Positions 55,105 to 64,000 of a stretch of 64,000 nt of DNA are shown here, piece by piece. A program made the position numbers and the translations under genes. Position 1 is the first letter of the stretch; the number at the start of each line of letters is the position of its first letter. The notes beneath the pieces were generated by a model. It made no database searches, was not told the origin of the DNA, and saw only the letters and a list, made by a program, of their open reading frames with translations. Source of the stretch: Amoebidium appalachense (Eukaryota > Protista > Ichthyosporea). The stretch is taken from NCBI GenBank assembly GCA_963693365.1, contig CAVNZM010000005.1:6455167-6519166 (forward strand), given 5' to 3'.

Positions 55105-55557
55105 GGGGAACCCCAACTAATTGATTTCTCCTTGTAGTCTTTATGGTGTCTCGTAGAGAAAGTAAACCCTGATATATAGTCACCACCCGACATCTATGTA
55201 CGTGATCATGATATACCGCTGAGGGGATATTCCGAGCAAACCCCCCCCCCCCATACCTGAGACTGGTTCTCTTTGCCTCGAGTAAACAGCGTAAACCCCT
55301 GGTGTATATGGACCCAAAGCAGGCGTTTGGACCAACGAGGAGGGTGGGACACATGAACATGTTCAACGAGAGCACAAAAGACATTCTCTGGCATAGGATG
55401 GGGGATTTCTTGGTGCATGGGGAAGCAGGAGGTTTGATGGATGCCTGAGCACGGGGTAAGAAAGTCACATTAGGAGAGGCCGAAAGGTCGTGGCCATTTG
55501 CAATTGGTGTAGTAGTATGACAACGGTTTAAAAGGTGTTGTTTAAGCATGCTACAGG

Positions 55558-55756
55558 GTAGGCCGAATATAAGATTACGTGAATTCTCGCTCTAGCCCAC
55601 TAGAATCTTAGTTCCAGACCCCCCTAGCCCACGAGGACAAAGGGAAAAAATCTTAATTTTCATATGTGCAGTGGGGGCTAGCCAGCTAGAATCTTAAATT
55701 TTCCAAAAATCCTAGCGCTAGAAACTTATATTCGGAAAATCTTAAAATTAGCCTAC
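55558..55756. mobile_element. Small MITE-like element (199 bp)
   Basis: Imperfect TIRs GTAGGCCGAATATAAGATT / AATCTTAAAATTAGCCTAC, duplicated CAGG flanks (55554-55557, 55757-55760), internal CTAGAATCTTA and CTAGCC repeats. Confidence 0.62.
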
Positions 55757-56852
55757 CAGGGCCTGTAGTAACGTCTGTAGGTGTGATGTAAGCACCTGTA
55801 GCTTTGTAGCTGTGTGGCTTTATCAGTTTGAATGTGTGTAAAACGAACTTGAAGATTGTGATGTTTTGTTTTTTCACAGGAAAGAAATGTAAGAGGTTTT
55901 TTTTCCTTTGGTATATCGAGCTTTTTAAAATGGGGAACGGTTTGGGCATGCAAGTAACGTCAGTAGCTTTGATGTAAGCGCAAGTAGCTTTGTAGCTGTG
56001 CAGGTTTATGACTTTAAAAGTGTGTAGAACGAATTCCTTCACCTGTGATGTTTGTTTTTTTCGCAGGAAAGAAATGTATGCAAGAGGTTTGTTTTCTTTG
56101 GTGTGTTGTGCTCGAGAGGAATTTACAAGAAGGCACAACTGGACGGCGAATGTGAAACGTGCATATACACAGAAGCAGTAAACAATGACTGCATACACAA
56201 TGCTATTATTTGTACTTGGAGCTTAAGCAGTGCCTGCAGGTAGATCCTGCGCATGCACACGTGCGAACCATAGGGGAACCCCAGGAAAGGAAAAGGAGGC
56301 GATGCTTAGACTCCTATGAAGCACCCGATGATATTGGATAGAATCAATTCTAATGCTTTTCCCATGACATAGACACTGACCAAGTTGAACATATGTACGA
56401 GTGTGCGACTTCTTTTTACGCTCCATATCACGTAACATCAGACGCAATTGAAAAAGAATGATAAGGAGTGGTAGTAAGATATATCGAGGGAGGGAGGGAG
56501 AGCAAGGCGCTGGGAGCTGGGGGGGAAGGGATAAGAGAGAAAGAGAGAGGAACGGTTAGCACTAGCAAAATTGGTGTCTCAGAGTCAAGCCTCTCAAGCT
56601 TGGTTAAAAAGAGGGGCATTAAAAACTTTGTGCAGGGAGAGCTAGTCTCCCTGGGCGGTTTGGTGGGGTGGGCAGGGAATGCTGGTGGCAGTGGTGGTGA
56701 TGGGAGGGAAGGGGGGCCGGGGGGAGGGGGAGGGGGGCAAAGGCAAACAAGCATACGTAGGGATGGGAAACCACATCACACCGAACACACAAGCCGTCGC
56801 CCGGATTTACGTAAACGGTGAGGTAAGTGGACAAACAAACACGCACGCAGTT

Positions 56853-57020
56853 GGGCACATAGCAGCTGAAAATGGGGAAGGAAACACGCCGACCACTCAA
56901 ATTTGAAGTAAACGCTGCATTATCAGCTGGTAAAACTGAGACTGGAACAGCAGAAAACGAGTGTTGTTTTTGCGAGGCTATTAAAGGGAATAGTGGGTTG
57001 AGGTTCGACGAACAAAAAGG
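56853..57020 (+). pseudogene. Degenerate copy of exon 1 of the gene starting at 61400
   Basis: GGGCACATAGCAGCTGAAAATGGGGAAG.AA..ACGCCGACCAC.CAAA...GGTAAAAC.GAGA.TGGA.CAGCAGAAAACGA matches 61381-61540, with indels. Confidence 0.8.
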
Positions 57021-59131
57021 CCTGGTGGATGCAAAGAAGTCGGGGTGAGAAAGTCACACGGAGAGGAGCTGTGGGTATGGTGTAACGCGCGTCTCAAACC
57101 GGGTTCTTTGGGCAAACCGAAAAACGTAAATGTGTCGTTTAATAAACGTTGCAGTGATGTAAGTACAAGTAGCTTTGTAGATGTGTAGGTTTATGAAGTG
57201 AAAGTGAGTTCATAGAACGAACATGAAAGCTGTTATGCTTTCTGGCCTCAAGAAACGCGAGAACTTTTTTTTCCTTGTGTGTCACGAAGATTTTACAAGA
57301 AGGCACAACTAGACGGTGAACGTGAACGTGCCATGATATGCACAGGAGCAGTTACAATAGATGGCTGCACACACACTGTAATTTGTACTTTGAACTTGCG
57401 CGAGTACGCATGTTAACGTAGAAGATCAATAGATCTTGCACGGCTGAGGTCCATACATAGGGGAACCCCACTAATGAAAATATAAAAGGCGAATTCAAGA
57501 TGCCGAGTTTATGATAAAGCACCGGAGATTCTTCTCCCTGACACGATTATGAAAGTATATGTATGTGTACTAACAGTTGCGTAACGCCTCATGTCACGTA
57601 ATGTCATAAGGATTGTAACAAGGCTGAGCTTGACTGTTAAGAAGGAAGCGAGAGGGAGCCTCGGATATTGGGGGGAGGGGGGGGGGGGGGGGGGGGGGGG
57701 AGCAAGACTCTGGTGTGGGTGGCTAGGCTTGGGGTGCTGGTGGGGGTAGGGGGATGGGTTAAAGGGGAGGGAGGGGGGTGGAGGGAGGGGGGAGGAGGAA
57801 GAGAGGGCGGAAGGCCTAGGAAGATTACCGCTAGCGAAGTGGGAGTCTTTTTAGGCTGACGTCGACATACTACATACTAGATGAGAAAAACGAGGGGCTT
57901 AAATAGAGGGATTAGGGAGAGCAAGTTTCCGTGGGTGGGTGGGTGGTGGTGGTGGTGGTGGTGGTGAAGGTGGGGGAGTGGGTGGGGAAGGGTAGGGTGG
58001 GGAGGGCGCTGGGCTGAGGTGGGCAGAGGGGGAGGGGGGGAGTAAGAATGAGTAAGCCGCCTGTGAGTCTCTTTTGAAGCCAACCGTGTCTTTTTAATAT
58101 TTGGTTGGTATCGCAAGGATACTGTTGTTGTTGCCCCCTCGGAGAAGGGTGGGGGAGGGGGGGAAGGGGGGGGAGGGGGGGGAGGAAGAATGAGGCCTAG
58201 GGCTAAACAGCTTTTGAGTCTCGTTGACAAGCTGACTGTCCTTTTTGGTTGTTAATGGGGTACTGTAAGGATGTTGTTGTTGTTGGCCCCCCCGGGGAGG
58301 GGGGGGGGGGAGGAGGAGACGGGGGAGGAGGGGGGGGGGGAGGGGGGGGGGGGGGGGGGGAGGGGAATAGCCGGCTCAGGCACTACTGCTAACAAAATAG
58401 TACGGAGAGAAAACTCAGTGATCAGATGGAGCTAGATGGGAGAAGAACCGATCCTCATATATGACTTAAGTGGAAGACAGCGTGAGCTAAGTTCTGAAAG
58501 GAGGGGCTTTGAGGTGAAAGGAAACTAGCCCTCCGCCAACCCCCCTAACCCCCCAATCATTCCGTAATCTTTAGTAATTTTTTTTTTTTTGTCCGTAAAC
58601 ATGCACATAGGCAGTGGGGTGGCCCAGGGGGAAGGAAAGGGGCAGGGGGAGGGGAGGAGGGGGGGTATGGGGGGAGGGGGGGGCGAGGGATGATGTGGTC
58701 AGCTATGATATATTTCTTCACTTTTCTCCATCATAGAAAACTATGACAGACTCTGGGCATTAGTGAGATCTGTTGATGTGGAGGTTCTGAGCTGAGAGAC
58801 CAAGTGATGTATGTGCATGTACATGTGCGTCTGTGCCTGTGTGCATGCGTGTGTGCATTTCCTGAGGTTGGTCACCTGCACTCGCACGTGCCTGCGTGTT
58901 GGCGCAAAGGGGACCTGTTGCCGCAGTGTGCGTGCGCACGTGTGAAATGTGCACGTGATTGTGGTGCAAAGTGCCCGAGAACACACCAGAACACAGGCCG
59001 GGAACACTAACTTTGGCGGTTACGTAACGCGCAGTTTGGGTGGTGCGTTATGACGTCATTGGATGCGATATGAACCAATCATTGCCTGGTTGAGGTGTGT
59101 CGTTATGTGCACGTGCATTGCTAAGTACATA

Positions 59132-59197
59132 AAACTGCTATGGGCGTGGTTAGTACTGCGGTGGGGGACCACGCGGGAATACCACGTGCTGTAATCT
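59132..59197 (+). rRNA. 5S rRNA 3' half (retroposed pseudogene fragment)
   Basis: GGGCGTGGTTAGTACTGCGGTGGGGGACCACGCGGGAATACCACGTGCTGTAATCT follows the eukaryotic 5S consensus GGTTAGTAC...GGGAGACC...GGGAATACC..GTGCTGT. Helices CGTGG/CCACG and CTGCGGTGG/CCACGCGG with loop E (TTAGTA/GAATA) are intact. Confidence 0.88.
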
Positions 59198-60586
59198 CTA
59201 TTTATAGATGATTTGGCTGTCAAGATTTACGCCGAAAACGATGACCCTATTAATAACTTTCCGCCTGCACTTCTCTATGCTGATGATCTGTCCCTCCTTG
59301 CCCGTACCCCTAGACGCCTGCAAAGATTGTTCGATGTAGTGTCAGAGTGGTGCAAGGCAAACCTTATGATCCTTAACATAGACAAATGTGGTGTTCTTGT
59401 ACCTGATATAGCTAACAATTTACACACATTTACATTATCATCTAAACCTGTACCTATAGTTCCAGAATACAAATATCTTGGTGTTCCGGTTGATTCTGTT
59501 GGTGTTATGTTTCCCCATATGGTCGAAAAGAGGGTAGAGTTGGCTCGTAAGCGGTTAGCTTTCTTCTCGGCTAATATTTTTAAAGACACACCCCTCCATC
59601 CTTCTATTAGACTTACATTTATTCGCACTTTTGTCTTCCCGGCATGTGAATATGGTTTACCCCTTCTCGCCGCTTGGATCAAGAAAGAGAGAACTAGAGC
59701 GCTTAAACCCTTGGCAAATTTCCTTGAAGCAGAAGTTGCCTCCTTTCTATCTAACAACTGTTGTAAACCTGGGCCTGTAACGCTCTCGATATATGGTCTG
59801 GTCCCAATAGCTGCTAGAGTATCCTATCTCGCGCTGAAATTCAATAAGCACATAAGCCGCTTAAAGAAGTATTTGCCCTCCCACCCTCTCTTCTCTATCC
59901 GACCTGTCCCCTCCTCACCTCTCCCCTCTTTCCTCCCCTCTCTCTCCCCTTCTCCCCTGGGCACAAATACAAATAAACCCCGCAATAGTGTGTGTGTGAC
60001 TTTGGACTGCCACTTACTTATTAAACATGTACACAATCACAAGATAATCACGCAATATAACAAATGGAAAAAGATACCACACGACACTAGACCCGATGAA
60101 AGCATACACCTTGAAAAACTAAGCCTTATGTCTCGTTTTATATATACTGACCGCCTCAACCATATTGCCAAATATGGCACTCGCAAGTGTATAACACCTA
60201 AATACATATTACCTTCCTGTAGAACTGGTCTTTCTCTAGCTGATGCTATTATTGCCAGTGATCAATTACCACGCTTTTACTGTACACGTGCTATACAGTG
60301 GAGATCTAATAAGTATAAGGTGGCATCATTTGCATGCCCAAACAACACACACACACACCAGTTTAACCGGTCATGTATCGCCAAATGTAGTTTGATAGAC
60401 CACATAATACCGCAACACACACACGTCACATTCACAACAGACACCCAGAAAGATAGCCTACCTGTAAATTACAACATCCTTGATTTTATACTAAACACGC
60501 GTAACTACGACCTGTTTATTAGATGTATTGATTGGCTTGAGAAACACATCACTACAAAATTATAGCGCACGCGCACACACACACAC

Positions 60587-60645
<59 letters not shown>

Positions 60646-60677
60646 CCAGCTGATACCGAGTGTCCCGAGGGGAGCCC

Positions 60678-60722
<45 letters not shown>

Positions 60723-60956
60723 AAAAATAAAAAAATAAAAAAATAAAAAAAAAAAAAAAACGGGGAACCCCAACTAATTGATTTCTCCTTGTAGTCTTTA
60801 TGGTGTCTCGTAGAGAAAGTAAACCCTGATATATAGTCACCACCCGACATCTATGTACGTGATCATGATATACCGCTGAGGGGATATTCCGAGCAAACCC
60901 CCCCCCCCCATACCTGAGACTGGTTCTCTTTGCCTCGAGTAAACAGCGTAAACCCC
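59132..60956 (+). mobile_element. 5S rRNA-LINE A chimeric insertion (LINE part 59198-60956, 5'-truncated)
   Basis: A single 9-bp TSD AAGTACATA (59123-59131, 60957-60965) brackets both the 5S fragment and the LINE fragment. The LINE part is near-identical to 53577-55299 and open-frame to 60565. Confidence 0.9.
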
Positions 60957-61399
60957 AAGTACATATCACGCACACTCATACCCATATCCCGGGATATGTA
61001 CGCGTACGGCACTCAAGACACATGCACACACACACGTGTACACGCGCACATACAGGTGTACTGTAGCCAAGTAGTTATCTATGGAACTCTTGAAAGTCAC
61101 GGGTGTTCGTTTTTCTCCGTTGAATTCAGTCAGCGTTGGTGTAAAAATAAGATCACTTTTTTCTACGGTCGTGCTAATACTTTAGAGCACATCTCTTTTT
61201 TTACACTTCGTGTCAAAAGCACCAGTTACTATATAGAGGACAACCAAAGTTTAGACAAACAGGCTTGAGCTAAGTTTAATGACAGTTAACACGCAAGTGG
61301 TCACCCGGTTTTTTCTTGATAGAGAGGTAAATGGCTTGGTCACAGCCTATACTTAGACACACAAACACACTCGCACACATGGGCACATAGCAGCTGAAA

Positions 61400-61652
61400 A
61401 TGGGGAAGAAATCACGCCGACCACCCAAACTGAACGCTGCATCCTCAGCGGGTAAAACGGAGATTGGATCAGCAGAAAACGACTGTTACTACTGTGACGT
61501 TATAAGGAAGAATAGTGCGCTAAGGTTCAACAAAAGGGTATTGGGGGTGGTGCCATTTGCGGATGAAAAGATTGAACCGCTGTGGGAGAGTGTGTGTGCA
61601 CAACACTTAAAGGAGGTACGTACTGTGTGTGTGTGTGTGGGGGGGGGGGGGG

Positions 61653-61733
<81 letters not shown>

Positions 61734-62916
61734 TGTGTGCTTGTGTTGGTTGTAGTGTAGCCGAACCTTTGGGCGCTCGTGCTAGGGTACGTGTGCCTTT
61801 GTGGCTTTGTAGCGGAAAGGATATGTTTTATGTTGCTCGTCGTGTGCATGTGTCCCTTGTTCGTGTTTGTGCCTGATAAGTGTGCAATACTTTTCCTGTG
61901 TGTTTGCCTGTGTCCTATGTGGTTGTCTGTGTGTCTGTGTTTTGGGAAAGGAGCCGGACAGGCGCGCAGGCGTAGGGGGAGAGGGAGGGTTGTGGCGGGG
62001 AGGGGGGGGGGGGGGGGGGGGGGGGGATGACTACCTTAGTGTGGATTTTCACTTCTTCATACATGTCGAAGTACTGATTTTGAGTGTGGTTTTGTACGGG
62101 ATGGAAAGTGGCTAACTGTATTCAGTTCTTAAGTGTTTATTTGCTAGTTACCTCTAGATCTCTCTCCCTCTTTCGTTTTGGTTGCATGATTTTCTTTCAT
62201 ACGCTTCGCCTGCTCATTCCTGGGAGGTTGAAGGCTGGAGAGTGTGTTTGGGATGGAGGGAGGGGATTGGAGGACTGCTGGAGGAGGAAGAACCCTCTCG
62301 GCAGGAAGGGGGGCAGGTGGGGGGAGGGGAGGGGGGGGGGGGGGGGGGGGGGGGGGAGAGGGAGTGACAGTCTGGACTGTGTGTGTGTGTGTGTGTGTGT
62401 GGGAGGTGTGTGTCTGCGGGAACGGGGTCTTCCTTTCACACCTGTGACGTCAGCGTATACTTGAGAGAAAACCAGAAAATTTCAGTATTCAGGAGGGAAA
62501 CCCCGGTTGAAAGATTCATCCAAGTTATGTCTTCTTTCTTGATTTTCTGTCTTTTCATTTGTTCTTGTTCTTTGCCTTCTCAATGGCTTCGCAGAGGAGA
62601 GGAGTGGAAATGACAATTTGGGTTGGTGGGGATGGAAGAATTGCAGAAACGGGGACACGGCATGTTTTTTTTTTTTGTTTGTTTATTTTTTTGTTTTTGA
62701 ACGGAGAGGGTTGAGTGGGGGGATGGGAAAAGCCGTAGGGTTAACGGGGGGGAGGAAAGGGGGCGGAGGGGGGGGGGGGGGGGGGGGGGGGGGTGCTATC
62801 TGTCTCTTTTCTTTGTCTTGCGTGCATTCTAACCCTTGAGGGAGCGGCCTCTCCCCCTCTCCCTTTCCCCACCCCACCCCACCTCACACCAATTCACACC
62901 CACCTCGCATTCTCCT

Positions 62917-62961
<45 letters not shown>

Positions 62962-63060
62962 ACCTCCATCCGTCTGCTTTCCCCTTCATTACTCCTGTAT
63001 CTAAGACAAACGGATATCATTTCACCTGTAGTGGAATGCCTCCCCCGGCCCCCCCTCCGT

Positions 63061-63098
<38 letters not shown>

Positions 63099-64000
63099 GC
63101 GCGTACACACGTACACACACGTACACACGCTCATATACACGCATACACACATACACACACACGTACGTACGTACACAGGTGTTGTCCATTAAGGCCGACC
63201 TTCTCTCCCAACCATCCTGGGCTGGCCACTATGAGAACTATGCATACCTGCACATACTCACTAGTCTCCGTGGGTTGGTCAAACCCTCACACATGGAGAG
63301 GCCGGCACCACACGTTCTCAAAGCAGCGCTTGAGGTGCTTTCCCTTTTTTCTTCCCCCTCTCCGTTCCGTTCCTCCCTACCTCCGTCGTCCTCTGCTAGC
63401 TTTTTTTTCTTTTCCTTTTTTTTTCTTTTTCTTTTTCTTTTTATTTTATTTTTTTGTGTGTGTGTGTGTGGGTGGGTGGGGAGGGAGGGAGAGGGGGGCG
63501 GAGGAGGGGGAGGGGGGGGGCACCCGGGGGGGGGGGGGAGGAGGGGGGGGGGGAAGCAGGATGGTTAGGCAGCTGATACGGTCTTCTTTTTCTTACGTTT
63601 TGAGTTTTCGCAGTGTACTGACATAACCATCTGTGGTACACAGGCAGGAATCGCGGATGCACTGTGTGACGCGATATACCGTTACCCCACCACCCGCGAG
63701 ATCCTCTGGCGTTGCTTCACCCTATTAGTCGAGCTTCTCCTGCCCGGGTACACAAAGAATCCGGAAAACGTGACGAATGTTCTGTGTAAAGCTACGGAAT
63801 TCTTTCTCGCTTGCGGTGGTTTCGACGACCAAAGTTTGGAGATTTTTGTGACCACTTGGGACGGGCTTTTGAAAATCGGGTATATTCCGACGGATATTAC
63901 GCCGATTTTGAAATGCGCCTACTTCGGGGCCCGGGAACCCGACGCCGGCCAATTCTGTGTGGGAAAACAACCAGTGAAGTGTTCCCATTCAGCCGCGGCG
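61400..64000 (+). CDS. Protein of unknown function, 5' exons (61400-61615, 63179-63332, 63644 to beyond the window end)
   Basis: Phase-0 GT-AG joins give a continuous complex-sequence frame: MGKKSRRPPK...AQHLKE|VLSIKADLL...KAALE|AGIADALCDAIYRYPTTREILWRCFTLLVELL..., open to the window end. No family recognised. Confidence 0.65.

Larger units (their letters stand above)
50447..55299 (+). mobile_element. LINE family A, probably full-length (4853 bp): 5'UTR, ORF1, ORF2 (APE-RT), structured 3'UTR
   Basis: TSD (C)TGGTG at 50442-50446 and 55300-55304, confirmed by comparison with the intact paralog. Two ORFs. Ends in GCGTAAACCCC. Confidence 0.93.
49685..55448 (+). pseudogene. Tandem paralog of the alpha/beta hydrolase, disrupted by frameshifts (~50002, ~50428), a nonsense codon (50266) and a LINE insertion; 3' part resumes at 55300
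   Basis: Colinear with 45857-46789 on both sides of the LINE (...GACCCCATCTGGTG | TATATGGACCCAAAGCAGGCG...). Confidence 0.9.

Noticed and set aside
55037-55125. Hammerhead, HDV or twister ribozyme in the LINE 3'UTR (CTGATA..., GTCCC.AG, ...ACTAA)
   Set aside because: No CUGANGA plus GAAA core, and no P1/P3/L3 nesting could be built by hand; kept only as a hairpin.
55291-55299. GTAAACCCC as a telomeric repeat or telomere-targeting signal
   Set aside because: It resembles CCCTAAA but is a single unit, and all four insertions are interstitial at unrelated targets.

Overview
This is eukaryotic genomic DNA rich in introns, microsatellites and homopolymers. The content (NDH-2, cAMP-receptor-like GPCR, fungal-like LINEs and 5S) suggests a unicellular opisthokont or protist, but that is inference. 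Host genes, assembled by hand from GT-AG exons: the 3' end of omega-amidase NIT2, a 2-exon BTB/POZ (KCTD-type) protein, a 16-exon type II NADH dehydrogenase, a CAR/GCR1-like GPCR, an intronless bacterial-type alpha/beta hydrolase plus a pseudogenised tandem paralog, and the 5' part of an unknown gene. Mobile DNA: an intact-looking PIF/Harbinger transposon, two MITEs, an internally deleted piggyBac-like element, a non-autonomous LTR retrotransposon inserted in a (CA)n tract, three copies of one APE-RT LINE family, and a 3' fragment of a second LINE family. The most notable system is the LINE family. It has no terminal poly(A), and both divergent families end exactly at a stem followed by TAAACCCC. 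It also makes chimeric insertions, including the 3' half of 5S rRNA fused to a LINE 3' fragment inside one 9-bp TSD. Most ORFs in the supplied track are low-complexity artefacts.
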